Virus record (IMG/VR): IMGVR_UViG_3300018432_000002
Span: 1-64,000 of that record
Strand: one strand, 5' to 3'
Length of the DNA stretch: 64,000 nucleotides
From: a virus
The notes under the pieces: model-generated
Seen by the model: only the letters and a program-made list of their open reading frames with translations
Told to the model about the DNA's origin: nothing
The model's database searches: none
In this document: one piece after another, positions 8,360 through 17,425 of the stretch
How positions within the stretch are numbered: position 1 is the first letter of the stretch
Layout: every line of letters starts with the position of its first letter
Program-made: the position numbers and the translations under genes

Positions 8360-8553
8360 CCGGTTGGGGCGAGCTGGAACGCGGTGACCTCGCTGCCGGG
8401 GTCACCCGCCACCCGCTGCGCAAAAGCATCGCCGTGACAGTCCGTCGTGGCACAACCGTCTACACCGCCGCGTACTGCCGCAACGAGGAAGAAGCTGACC
8501 GACTGTGGGCGGCCCTGGTCGAGCTGTCCGGCGCCGAACGGGAGGTGTCGTGA
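8356..8553 (+). CDS. hypothetical protein
   Basis: GTGA-coupled ORF. Confidence 0.5.
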   Translation: MTGWGELERGDLAAGVTRHPLRKSIAVTVRRGTTVYTAAYCRNEEEADRLWAALVELSGAEREVS

Positions 8554-8780
8554 CCGCCCCTGACGTCCGAACCACCCCTGACGGCCTGTGCAAGGGCGGT
8601 GAGTGGGTGTGGGCAGGTGACCGGAAACTCGGGCGGATCTTCCCCCGGATCGTGGCCGCCCCGTCCGGTGAGTGGTGGGGCAAACGGTTCGGGGTGGACG
8701 CCCACAAATGCGACAGCCGGCAGGAAGCACTCGACTTCGTGACCAGGACAGCCCGACTCGCATCCGGAGAGACGACATGA
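8550..8780 (+). CDS. hypothetical protein
   Basis: GTG 8550 overlaps the previous TGA; GGGAGG RBS; within ORF 8505..8780. Confidence 0.5.
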   Translation: MTAPDVRTTPDGLCKGGEWVWAGDRKLGRIFPRIVAAPSGEWWGKRFGVDAHKCDSRQEALDFVTRTARLASGETT

Positions 8781-9016
8781 CCACCGAATGGCCGCTCGAA
8801 TCCAAGCGCCTCGAAGCGCTCAAGGAAGCCGTCCGGTACGCCAAGCAGCGCGCCGATGATCTGCACGTCAGTGACCCGGAGGATGCCGCCGAGTGGGCGA
8901 TGGTCGCCGACATCGTCAGCACCGAGGGAGGCGCGATTCAGGGCCGTGACCTGTGGCCGACAATCCGCGACCACCACGCCCGCCTCGCCGCCCAGAACGA
9001 CACGGAGGACTCCTGA
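8777..9016 (+). CDS. hypothetical protein
   Basis: ATGA coupling at 8777; within ORF 8672..9016. Confidence 0.5.
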   Translation: MTTEWPLESKRLEALKEAVRYAKQRADDLHVSDPEDAAEWAMVADIVSTEGGAIQGRDLWPTIRDHHARLAAQNDTEDS

Positions 9017-9017
9017 C

Positions 9018-9221
9018 ATGGCCGACACCGCCGCGATCGTCCGGCTCATGACCCACGCAGCCGACCGCCTCGCCGAAGAGGAACCGCACGACATCGTCCC
9101 GCCCGGCGCGCGCATCGACTACCGGGAACGCGCCGTGTCCGCTGCCGCTGCCATGACCTACGCCGAGGCCATCCTGCGGACTGTCGCGGCCGTGCTCAGC
9201 GAGACCGAGGAGCAGCCGTGA
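9018..9221 (+). CDS. hypothetical protein
   Basis: ATG 9018 lies 2 nt after the previous stop; within ORF 8856..9221. Confidence 0.5.
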   Translation: MADTAAIVRLMTHAADRLAEEEPHDIVPPGARIDYRERAVSAAAAMTYAEAILRTVAAVLSETEEQP

Positions 9222-9517
9222 CCCGCTACCGAGTCGGCGGCAGTTGGCGCCGGCACACGATCGTCCTCGAAGGCGCCCAGTCAGCCGACGAGAATGGGCG
9301 CCGCGCTGACGACCAGGTGGTGGCGTTCGTGGACAGCGCAGCACCCGAAGGGCTCGCCGCACGGATCTGCGACCTGCTCAATGACAGCGTCGGGCCCTGC
9401 TCGTCGTCGCTGCCGCATCTCCACGACAGCGAATTCGGCACCTTCTGCGAGCTGCGCCACGGTCACGCCGGCGACCACGAGGCAGGCCCGACGCGCTGGC
9501 GGGAGGTCCAGCCGTGA
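9218..9517 (+). CDS. hypothetical protein
   Basis: GTGA-coupled 99-aa ORF. Confidence 0.55.
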   Translation: MTRYRVGGSWRRHTIVLEGAQSADENGRRADDQVVAFVDSAAPEGLAARICDLLNDSVGPCSSSLPHLHDSEFGTFCELRHGHAGDHEAGPTRWREVQP

Positions 9518-9768
9518 CCGACCTGCGCGACCAGATCCCCACGGATAACTGCGTGATCCGCATCGTCAACGGCAACCACCTCGGCCCTGCCCTGCGTGAC
9601 ATCCGCCGGGGTGCCGGCCTCACCCAGGCAGACCTCAGTGCGCTCGCCGGCATCAAGCAGCCCAGCGTCAGCGCCCACGAGCGCAGCTGCACCACACCCG
9701 ACGTTCGGACACTGCTGCGGGTGGTCAACGCCCTCGGCTACGACCTGGCCCTGGTGAAAAAGCGGTGA
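9514..9768 (+). CDS. XRE-family helix-turn-helix protein
   Basis: LRDIRRGAGLTQADLSALAGIKQPSVSAHE is a classic XRE/Cro-type HTH. Confidence 0.75.
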   Translation: MTDLRDQIPTDNCVIRIVNGNHLGPALRDIRRGAGLTQADLSALAGIKQPSVSAHERSCTTPDVRTLLRVVNALGYDLALVKKR

Positions 9769-10001
9769 CCGCGGCAAGGATCGCCGTCCATCCGTCGACG
9801 CTGACCGTCGAGTTCGACTGCGAACGCGGCTGCCAGGTCGAGCTGGACCTGTCCGACATGCACATCCGGATGACGCTCGGGATGATGCAGCAGCGTGCGG
9901 AGCATGCGCATAAGGCCGCCCATGAGGCGGAGCCGGTGAAGGTGTTTGCCTTCCGGTCGGGTGTCAACTGCTCGCTGGTCCGGGCGGGAGTGCTGCGGTG
10001 A
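9765..10001 (+). CDS. hypothetical protein
   Basis: Coupled ORF. Confidence 0.5.
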   Translation: MTAARIAVHPSTLTVEFDCERGCQVELDLSDMHIRMTLGMMQQRAEHAHKAAHEAEPVKVFAFRSGVNCSLVRAGVLR

Positions 10002-10198
10002 GCGGGGCCGACGACCTCTACGCCGAACTCCTCCGGGAACGGTTCGGCGCCGGCGTCCCCTACCGCGAACGCACCAACAAGCCGACCAGCGAACACCCCG
10101 AAGACAACGACCTCGTCAAGGCCCAACGCAGGCGCGAACTCAACGACGCGATGGAAGACGTGCACCCGCGCTACCGGCGCGGCTACCACGCTGCTTGA
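9998..10198 (+). CDS. hypothetical protein
   Basis: Coupled ORF. Confidence 0.5.
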   Translation: MSGADDLYAELLRERFGAGVPYRERTNKPTSEHPEDNDLVKAQRRRELNDAMEDVHPRYRRGYHAA

Positions 10199-10232
10199 CC
10201 CCCTGAACGACGACATAGAGCAGGAGGCACGG

Positions 10233-11270
10233 ATGCCTAGAGTGAGTGTTGGTAAGGCCGAACTTGAAACCCGGCCGCACATCCTCTACCGGTTCTACGA
10301 CCGGACCGGAGTGCTCCTGTACGTCGGCATCACCGTCGACCTGGCGGTTCGCATGGCGACCCACGCCAAGGAGAAGACCTGGTGGCTCCGAGTGGACCGT
10401 AGTGCCACTCGGATCGAGTACTACGACAGCCGGCGCGCAGCACTGGATGCCGAACGCGATGCGATCAAGACCGAGAAGCCGTTGGAGAACGACCAGCATA
10501 ACGAGTGGGCAGAAATTGAGCCCGATGGCGAGGGCGATCAAGCGCACGCGCTCGCACGAGAGATCATCTCGTTTCTTGAATCACGCGACCGAGAGGCGGT
10601 CTTGAAGCGAGCGTCCGTCGGCTGGGATGACGAGCCAATTTCCGACCGCGATCGCGACCTAGAAGCAGCCACGGGTGCCGTTTCACTGCTGTGGGGTAAG
10701 CGGTTCGACTTGGCGACGATGATCGATGAGTTGCTCGACCTGATTCCGGATGGTGAAGGGATGGCCTATCGCGATTATGCGCGCGCAGAGTACCGGGAGA
10801 GCGGACAGGCGGACGAATCCATCACGGCGATTTCCGAGCGTGCATTGCGAAAGTTGATTATGGCCAAGGCGGATGCTGTGTTGAGGGTGTTGCCCATCGA
10901 AGAAGCCAGAGAGTGGGTTGCGTCCGGTGCAGTCCTCCTCCCAGGTCAGGAGCACATCGACCACGTCGTCTTTGGAGCACGGTATTGCTCACTGTTCAAG
11001 CAACGTGGGGTCACCTTCCGCAGACTATGCAACGGTCCCGGCCGACATGTGGCTCGATGCGCGAGCAAGGCGAATGTCAAGACCTATTTCGAGCTTTGCG
11101 ACACGTGTCCTGCCGGGCATCCGTGTGAAGGGCATACGCGCTGGTGCTCTCGACACGCTGTTGAAGCTGAGCAGGGCAAGCTTTCCGTCGTAGACGGAAA
11201 CTCCGTTGCACTCCTTCCCATTGCTAGGTCAACCCCTCTCCCTTCCGACTCCGACCCTTGGCCGTTCTGA
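10233..11270 (+). CDS. GIY-YIG nuclease domain protein (N-terminal GIY-YIG, C-terminal Cys/His-rich domain)
   Basis: ILYRFYDRTGVLLYVGIT.DL..R...H ... R..A...E..AI..EKP..N; visibly more A/T-rich codons than its neighbours. Confidence 0.75.
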   Translation: MPRVSVGKAELETRPHILYRFYDRTGVLLYVGITVDLAVRMATHAKEKTWWLRVDRSATRIEYYDSRRAALDAERDAIKTEKPLENDQHNEWAEIEPDGEGDQAHALAREIISFLESRDREAVLKRASVGWDDEPISDRDRDLEAATGAVSLLWGKRFDLATMIDELLDLIPDGEGMAYRDYARAEYRESGQADESITAISERALRKLIMAKADAVLRVLPIEEAREWVASGAVLLPGQEHIDHVVFGARYCSLFKQRGVTFRRLCNGPGRHVARCASKANVKTYFELCDTCPAGHPCEGHTRWCSRHAVEAEQGKLSVVDGNSVALLPIARSTPLPSDSDPWPF

Positions 11271-12226
11271 TGGCCTGGGGACGCATGGACGACGGCTTCG
11301 ACGACCACCCAAAGGTGGTTGCGCTCCTCGACGAGGACGACTTGGTGACTGCCGGGGTGGCGATCGGCCTCTGGACGCTGTGCTGGACGTGGGCGCACCG
11401 CAACACCCGCAAGCGCGGCAAGACGCCCGGCCTGATTCCTGCTGGGCTGCCACGCCGTTTCTTTGGACCGGCCGGGAAGGACGCCGCGCAGCTACTCGTT
11501 AAGCACCGCTTGTGGGATTCGGCTGACGACGGCGGGTGGTTCATCCACGACTTCGAGGACTTCCTGCCGACCGAGGAGACCCGCGAGGCGCGCGCGGAGG
11601 CTGGCCGGCGTGGAGCCGCTAAGCGCTGGGCCGGTCACCAGAAAGCCGCAGAAGCGGACGAAGAGTCTGCCGAGGATGGCAATTTGCCATCGGCTTGCCA
11701 TGACGCTGATAGCAACGCGGTGGCAAGCGATGGCTCGCGCGCGCCGGCGCGCTGGGATTCCCACTCCCATACCCAATCCCAAACCCAAGAAGAAGATCTA
11801 CCTTCGGTAGATCTGTTTGGGGCGGCTGCGCCTGCCAAGAACGATACGAAGCAGAAGCCCGCAAAGGCGGCACCGAAGACGGCGACGCGTATCCCCGATG
11901 ACTTCTCTGTCTCGGAGCCGATGAAGGCTTGGGCGGCCGAGAATGCCAAGCTCGTCGACTGGCCTGCCGAGACTGAACACTTCGTCGACTATTGGCGGGC
12001 ACGGGCAAAGGACGACACTAAGAAAGACTGGGCAGCAGCGTGGCGTACTTGGCTGCGCAATGCCCAGAAGGACCTCGAAGGACGTGGCGTCACCCGGCGA
12101 TGGCAGGCCGGCACAGAAAACCAAGGACGCGCCGGCCCTGAATTGGGTCGCCGGTCCGGAGGCGTCCCGAGTCAGCACAAGCCCTTCAAGAACCCACCCA
12201 TCGACGCCTACCACGGAGAACTGTGA
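11270..12226 (+). CDS. replisome organiser / replication initiation protein (DnaD-like N-domain), tentative
   Basis: Sits directly upstream of the DnaC-like loader; N-domain WGRMDDGFDDHPK...GLWTLCWTWA...; ATG 11270 overlaps the previous TGA. Confidence 0.55.
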   Translation: MAWGRMDDGFDDHPKVVALLDEDDLVTAGVAIGLWTLCWTWAHRNTRKRGKTPGLIPAGLPRRFFGPAGKDAAQLLVKHRLWDSADDGGWFIHDFEDFLPTEETREARAEAGRRGAAKRWAGHQKAAEADEESAEDGNLPSACHDADSNAVASDGSRAPARWDSHSHTQSQTQEEDLPSVDLFGAAAPAKNDTKQKPAKAAPKTATRIPDDFSVSEPMKAWAAENAKLVDWPAETEHFVDYWRARAKDDTKKDWAAAWRTWLRNAQKDLEGRGVTRRWQAGTENQGRAGPELGRRSGGVPSQHKPFKNPPIDAYHGEL

Positions 12227-12966
12227 TGACCCACCCGACCAGTTTCAGCCGCGAGTTCGACCAGGTGATGTCTCCGCGTCAGCGCGCCGAGGCCGAGTTG
12301 GACTCAAGCTGCACCCGCCATCCGGAGCATGCGTTCGTCGGTTGTCCTCGGTGCAAGGTTGAAGAGCGCATCGAGGAGAAGCGGGAGATCGCCGCGGCTG
12401 CTGCGGAGAAGTGCCGGGAGCGTTTCCCGTTGCGCTACCGGGACGCCGAGGTGCAGAACTCGACGGTGGACGAGTGGGTGCGGCAGTTCCAGAACGATTA
12501 CCGGCATGCGCCGTCGCTGCTGCTGATGGGCCCGACGGGGACGGGGAAGACGCATGCTGGCTACGCGGCGCTGCGGATGGCGGTGTCGGTGGCGTGGGTG
12601 GCGCCGTCGGGTGCGATCCGGTCGCCGAATTGGCAGGCGATGACGTACGCGGACCTGTGCGCTTCGCTGCGCCCTCGGGGCCGTGACTACGACACGGAGG
12701 CGGTGCTTAAGACGTACCGGGACACGAGCCTGCTGTTCATCGACGACTTGGGTGCCGGGAAGGTGTCGGAGGCGGTGGAGGAGGTCACATACCGCCTGGT
12801 GAATGACCGGTACAACGACATGCGCCCGTCGATCTTCACCACGAACCTGTCGTTGCAGGCGCTCAAGGACGCAGTCGGCGACCGGATCGCGTCGCGGCTG
12901 GCGGAGACGTGCACGCGGGTTGTTCTCGACGGTCCTGACCGCCGCCGGCAGGTTCGAGCTGCCTGA
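12223..12966 (+). CDS. DnaC/IstB-like AAA+ helicase loader
   Basis: Walker A GPTGTGKTH, Walker B LLFIDDLG, NDRY...IFTTNL. Confidence 0.85.
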   Translation: MMTHPTSFSREFDQVMSPRQRAEAELDSSCTRHPEHAFVGCPRCKVEERIEEKREIAAAAAEKCRERFPLRYRDAEVQNSTVDEWVRQFQNDYRHAPSLLLMGPTGTGKTHAGYAALRMAVSVAWVAPSGAIRSPNWQAMTYADLCASLRPRGRDYDTEAVLKTYRDTSLLFIDDLGAGKVSEAVEEVTYRLVNDRYNDMRPSIFTTNLSLQALKDAVGDRIASRLAETCTRVVLDGPDRRRQVRAA

Positions 12967-13045
12967 CCTGCGCGGGGACCTGCCTGATCAAAGCAAGCAG
13001 GTCCCCGCGCCCCCATCCTGCCCCACTACCCGAACGGAGATCCAC

Positions 13046-13435
13046 ATGACTGGCGAGCCGATGGCCGTCGTCAAGTACGAGTACGCGATGCCTGGCGTCC
13101 CCGTAAGCCCCGAGCAGGATGCCTTGAACCGAGCGATCCGGGAGATCGGAAACCGGGCCGTCGCCGGAATCGGACGCTGGATGAACGCCACCCCTGAGCA
13201 GCGTGCCGAATGGGTGCGAGAACGCGAGCTGCGGGAGGCTGAAGCTGCCTGTGTACGCGCCGGAGAGCGCGCCGCTACCGCCACGGTGCCAGCGACCGTG
13301 GCGGCACTGATCGCGAAGATGGGCTGGTGTCGTGAGTACGCCGAGCACCTGGTGCAGCCGTACTGCGAATGCGGCGACGACATTGACGGGTGGTCGTACT
13401 GCGAACACGCGCAGGATCTGGGGCTGGCGCCGTGA
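13046..13435 (+). CDS. hypothetical protein
   Basis: ATG 13046 with GGAGA RBS; within ORF 12803..13435. Confidence 0.55.
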   Translation: MTGEPMAVVKYEYAMPGVPVSPEQDALNRAIREIGNRAVAGIGRWMNATPEQRAEWVRERELREAEAACVRAGERAATATVPATVAALIAKMGWCREYAEHLVQPYCECGDDIDGWSYCEHAQDLGLAP

Positions 13436-13761
13436 CTGACTGGAACCCGCAGCCCGGCGACTGGGTGACCATCACCGGCAAGATCGTGGAACTGCACCCG
13501 AACCAGATCGACTTGGGCGTCGAGGTGTTCTCGAAGACGGACCAGTACACGGCGTTCGTCCGCCGCGACCTGTGCGCGCCGACCGCGAAGCCGATTCCAG
13601 ATGAACCCGACGAAGGGTCGGTGGCCATGGTCAATGACGTCGCCCACCAGCGTCTCGGTGACGGCCACTGGTATTCGGCAGGCGAGGTAGGCCGTGCTGA
13701 TGGCCTGACGTGGGCCCAGCTGCACATGCTCGGCGACGTCGAGGTGATCCACCATGCCTGA
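13432..13761 (+). CDS. hypothetical protein
   Basis: GTGA coupling at 13432. Confidence 0.5.
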   Translation: MTDWNPQPGDWVTITGKIVELHPNQIDLGVEVFSKTDQYTAFVRRDLCAPTAKPIPDEPDEGSVAMVNDVAHQRLGDGHWYSAGEVGRADGLTWAQLHMLGDVEVIHHA

Positions 13762-14326
13762 CTTCGTGGTGGCCGGCACTGGCCCACGGAGCATCAAGAC
13801 CGCCGACGCCCGGACGCGCGGGCAGGCGTGGGATTTGCTCATCGACCGTTTGGACCACCTGCGCGCCGTCCACCGAGACGACCTGGTGGTGATGAGTGGC
13901 TTCGCGGAGGGCTGGGACGAGGCCGTCGCCAAGGCTGCGATCAAGCTGAACCTGCGCCTGTGGGCTGCTGTGCCGAATCGCGGCTACGGCCGCTGGTACT
14001 GGTCGGCCGAGCACAGCCAGACCCACACGAACCGCCTCGGGGGGTTCGCTGATCTTCTCGGCCGGGCGTGGCGGGTCACGTACGTCATGGAGGACGTGCA
14101 CCGCACCACCGCGCTGAAGCTGGGTGGCAAGCATGCGAACTCGTGGCGCAACGACTTCATGGTGACGGGCGGCTTGGACTTTCCCGGCGCCGATGACTTC
14201 GTCGTGCTCGGGCCGGTGAAGCCGGGCAGCGGCACCGCGCACTGCGTCGCGGCGATCCGGCGGGCCGGGAAGTGGCGCGACGACATGGTGCTGTCGGCCG
14301 CTTCGATTCAGACGGCGCTGCCGTGA
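13754..14326 (+). CDS. SLOG-fold protein (YpsA/DUF1273-like), tentative
   Basis: VVAGTGPRS...LVVMSGFAEGWDEAVAKAAIKLNLRLWAAVP resembles the GhR...G.A.G.D...P pattern of the YpsA-type SLOG family (from memory). Confidence 0.45.
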   Translation: MPDFVVAGTGPRSIKTADARTRGQAWDLLIDRLDHLRAVHRDDLVVMSGFAEGWDEAVAKAAIKLNLRLWAAVPNRGYGRWYWSAEHSQTHTNRLGGFADLLGRAWRVTYVMEDVHRTTALKLGGKHANSWRNDFMVTGGLDFPGADDFVVLGPVKPGSGTAHCVAAIRRAGKWRDDMVLSAASIQTALP

Positions 14327-14517
14327 CGGGCACGAACCAGGCGCCGGCCGACGAACTACAGCGCTGTTCTTCGCTCGTTCGTCTTGCTGCTGACCTGCAC
14401 TGGAGTGATCGTTGATGTTGCCGGGGTCGCCCGGTCCGCGGAAGCAATGGACCTCTCAAGGTGATCGTCCACCCACCGGCGGGCGGCCCGGCACACTCCG
14501 GGATACACCCTGGAACC

Positions 14518-14712
14518 ATGCCGCAGCCCGCTGAGAGCGCCGTACGCCGCCGATGTAGGCGTTGTCGTCGGTGGGTGCACCCCGACCGGTTGCGGGGCGG
14601 ATACGGCCCCGAATGCGCCCGGGTCCTCGGTCTTACCGGCAGCACCCTCGACATCGGCCACGAAGGCCCCGACCTCCTCGACCTGCTCGACACCACCCCC
14701 GAGATCCCCTAA
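14518..14712 (+). CDS. small CxxC...GYGPxC protein (DUF6011-like, tentative)
   Basis: RRCRRCRRWVHPDRLRGGYGPECARV; ATG 14518 within ORF 14461..14712; preceded by about 190 nt of non-coding DNA. Confidence 0.5.
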   Translation: MPQPAESAVRRRCRRCRRWVHPDRLRGGYGPECARVLGLTGSTLDIGHEGPDLLDLLDTTPEIP

Positions 14713-14761
14713 CGGGTGGCCGGACCTGCACAAACCCGACCCCGGCTGATACAACAACGCC

Positions 14762-14953
14762 GTGAGCATCGAAACCCTCGCCTGGCGCAAATCCAGCCGC
14801 TGCGGCTCAGCCACCTGCGTCGAAGTCGCCCCCGCCGGCGAACAGGTGCTGATGCGGGACTCCAAAAACCCCGACCAGCCGCCAATCGCCGTCAGCGCAG
14901 CCGACTGGGCCGGGTTCCTTGAGGCGGTACGCGCCGATGACTACCCCGCCTGA
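14762..14953 (+). CDS. DUF397 (BldB-like) domain protein
   Basis: WRKSSRCGSATCVEVA...MRDSKNPDQPPI...W..F is the DUF397 signature. Confidence 0.85.
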   Translation: MSIETLAWRKSSRCGSATCVEVAPAGEQVLMRDSKNPDQPPIAVSAADWAGFLEAVRADDYPA

Positions 14954-15131
14954 CCTGTCCTGGCATCGGTCCACGCGGTGCACCGCCAGCTCGTGTGTTG
15001 AAGTGGCCGCCACCCGCACAACGGTGTATGTCCGCGACACGAAAGACCCCGACCGGGAGCCGCTCGAATTCACCCACGACCAGTGGGAAGACTTCACCGA
15101 AGGCGTTCGTCGTGGGGACTTCCCCGACTGA
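14937..15131 (+). CDS. DUF397 (BldB-like) domain protein, second copy
   Basis: WHRSTRCTASSCVEVA...VRDTKDPDREPLEF..DQW..F; ATG 14937 overlaps the first copy by 17 nt. Confidence 0.85.
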   Translation: MTTPPDLSWHRSTRCTASSCVEVAATRTTVYVRDTKDPDREPLEFTHDQWEDFTEGVRRGDFPD

Positions 15132-15137
15132 GCAGAA

Positions 15138-15166
15138 GGGCGCCGAACCCCTCCGACCCGGCGCCC
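15138..15166 (+). terminator. stem-loop after the DUF397 pair (GGGCGCCG/CGGCGCCC, 13-nt loop)
   Basis: 8-bp perfect inverted repeat read directly; no clear U-tract. Confidence 0.4.
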
Positions 15167-15241
15167 CACCCCAACCGCGAACCCGCAGATCATCAACGGT
15201 CCGAGCCCGAGGTTAACCCACAGGCCGGAAGGTGATCCACC

Positions 15242-16039
15242 ATGCTGCCCGACACCACCCCAGACGGCTACTGCAACAGCGGGCCAGCATGCAAGTTGCA
15301 CGACGGCCGCACCGCGCACCCCACCACGGAACCGCTGTGCGAAACCTGCCTCGAACGAGCCGGCCAAGACATCCGGGCACTCACCTACGACTACCTCGAC
15401 CTCGCCCAGCTGCACGAGCCGGCCATGTCGCAGGCCATCAGCGAGAAAGCGTCCGGCAGCAAAGACAAGCCCATTCCGATCAACCAGCACGTCGAGGAAC
15501 TCCAAGCCGAAATCCTGCACGTCACCGCCGTCTGGGAGTACGAACTGCGGGTGGCCTGCCGACTGTCCGACCCGTACGTGTCCGCCCCGGTCGCCGACTG
15601 GCACACCACCCTGACCAAACCCACCCCGCTGGCCCTCGTCCGGCCCGGCGCCGCCGTCCAACGCGCGGTTGGGATCATCGGCAACCGGGTGCGGCACCTG
15701 TCCCGCATCCCCGCCACCAACGTCCTGCCCACCGGCGTTGAGGACGCCCCGCAAGACATGCACGGCTGGGAAGCGGTCCTGCAACTGTCTGCCCTGCACG
15801 GACGGGCCAGGGCGATGCTCGGGCGGACTACCCGCCGGTTCTGGATCCCCGGCGAGTGCTGGGCATGCAAAGCCCACCCTGTTCGCGGTGTCGACGGGCC
15901 GCTCTACCGGTCCGAGCCGCGCGACTTTGAAGACCCCATGCAGGTCAACTGCGACAAATGCTCGGCCTACCGGGCGTATCCCGAATACGAGACGTACATG
16001 GCCACCCTGCTATGGCCGGAACTCCAGGAGGCGGCGTGA
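15242..16039 (+). CDS. hypothetical phage protein
   Basis: 265-aa ORF, GGAAGG RBS, high GC3. Confidence 0.65.
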   Translation: MLPDTTPDGYCNSGPACKLHDGRTAHPTTEPLCETCLERAGQDIRALTYDYLDLAQLHEPAMSQAISEKASGSKDKPIPINQHVEELQAEILHVTAVWEYELRVACRLSDPYVSAPVADWHTTLTKPTPLALVRPGAAVQRAVGIIGNRVRHLSRIPATNVLPTGVEDAPQDMHGWEAVLQLSALHGRARAMLGRTTRRFWIPGECWACKAHPVRGVDGPLYRSEPRDFEDPMQVNCDKCSAYRAYPEYETYMATLLWPELQEAA

Positions 16040-16233
16040 GTGCAGGCGGAACACGCGAATGGTGGATGCACCGACTCACCTGGTCGGACGGTCGGGTTGA
16101 AAGATCCCGGCTCCGCGAGGGACGCCCCGGGCAGGCGTGCTTCGCTGGCGCCTCTCAACTGGTCGCCCGCAAGCGCGACCCCGGCGCCACCGTCGAGCAC
16201 GTCGTTTTCGCTCGCGTCGAGGTGGTGGCGTGA
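16036..16233 (+). CDS. hypothetical protein
   Basis: GTGA coupling at 16036. Confidence 0.45.
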   Translation: MSAGGTREWWMHRLTWSDGRVERSRLREGRPGQACFAGASQLVARKRDPGATVEHVVFARVEVVA

Positions 16234-16454
16234 ACGACCAGCCCTGCCCTACCTGCGAAGGTGCCACCCGCGAAACCACCGACATGATCTGCCGGACCTG
16301 TCTGCGCAGCTACAGCCCCGAATCGTGGGCATGGTGGTCCATCGCCGGCGACGAACTGATGAAACTGCTTTACCGGGTCCAGCGGGGCGAAGACCCCGGC
16401 CTCACCTACACCGAGGCGTACGTCAACTCCGACCACGAAGACCACTGGCTGTGA
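16230..16454 (+). CDS. zinc-ribbon protein (CPTC...CRTC)
   Basis: GTGA coupling at 16230; two CxxC pairs. Confidence 0.5.
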   Translation: MNDQPCPTCEGATRETTDMICRTCLRSYSPESWAWWSIAGDELMKLLYRVQRGEDPGLTYTEAYVNSDHEDHWL

Positions 16455-16870
16455 ACCCCGACCTCGACCGGCAACCCCGCCGCGGCGCCTGGCCCAACCC
16501 CGTCGACACCGCCCTCGACCGGGCACGCAGGATCGCCGGCATGTACCGCGCCCACCTGCGGATGCTCGACCGTGACGCCTGCAACACCCTCGACGACACC
16601 ATGACCGCGTTCGGGGAGACGTGGATGCTCGACAAGCCGGACCTTGTCGACGGCGACCGCGAGCTCACCACCCTCGAGGCCGCCGAACTGATCAACGTGC
16701 CGATCCGCAGGATCCGGGACTGGGCTCAAGCCACCCACCCCGAAGACCGAAACCGGCCACTACTGCCCCGCTTCAAGATGCGCGGACGGGAACGCACGTT
16801 CCTCGCTCAGCACGTCCTCGAGGCCGCCGCAGCGATGGCCCGATACCGACACGCCAACGGCGGTGGGTAG
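16451..16870 (+). CDS. HTH (MerR/excisionase-like) DNA-binding protein
   Basis: LTTLEAAELINVPIRRIRDWA; GTGA coupling at 16451 within ORF 16040..16870. Confidence 0.55.
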   Translation: MNPDLDRQPRRGAWPNPVDTALDRARRIAGMYRAHLRMLDRDACNTLDDTMTAFGETWMLDKPDLVDGDRELTTLEAAELINVPIRRIRDWAQATHPEDRNRPLLPRFKMRGRERTFLAQHVLEAAAAMARYRHANGGG

Positions 16871-16988
16871 CAGGACGTGACGGTCGGCTGCTATGTTCGC
16901 CGAGACGCAATGCGTCCACTGCCCGCTGAGCCTTCCGGCCTGGCGGGCTTTTCGCATGTCCGGAAGTGATCAGGCGAGGGCGGGCACG

Positions 16989-17222
16989 ATGTCCAGCCGG
17001 CGCCGCGTCCACATCCACCGGGCAGCAACCGTCGTCTGCGTCCTACTCGCCATTCCGGGCATTCTGTGGTGGAAGACAAGCATTCTCTTCGTGATCATGC
17101 TTTCTCTTGCGACCCAGGCCTACACCAGCTGGTCCAGCGCCGAGGCCGCCGACGATCGCGAACTCTGCGACCGCCTCGACCGCATCGAAGCCCTCCTCGA
17201 GCAGCGGGAGGTCGAGCGGTGA
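16989..17222 (+). CDS. small membrane protein (2 TM) with C-terminal helix
   Basis: ATG 16989 with GAGGG RBS; AATVVCVLLAIPGILWWKTSILFVIMLSLA. Confidence 0.5.
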   Translation: MSSRRRVHIHRAATVVCVLLAIPGILWWKTSILFVIMLSLATQAYTSWSSAEAADDRELCDRLDRIEALLEQREVER

Positions 17223-17410
17223 CCGACCAGGAAATGCCGTTCAGCCTCGAATGGCTGGTTGGTGCGGCGGGCCGGCCAGCGGAAGTGCTGTCGGTCTGTG
17301 ATGACGGGCATCTGGTCGTCCATGGCAGGACTCACTACCAACCGACCCGCCTCTCCGCCGATTTGCATGCGCTGTGGATGCGCTGGGTCGACCACCCTGA
17401 CGACGAGTAG
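17219..17410 (+). CDS. hypothetical protein
   Basis: GTGA coupling. Confidence 0.45.
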   Translation: MTDQEMPFSLEWLVGAAGRPAEVLSVCDDGHLVVHGRTHYQPTRLSADLHALWMRWVDHPDDE

Positions 17411-17425
17411 ACCGGGAGGTGTTCG

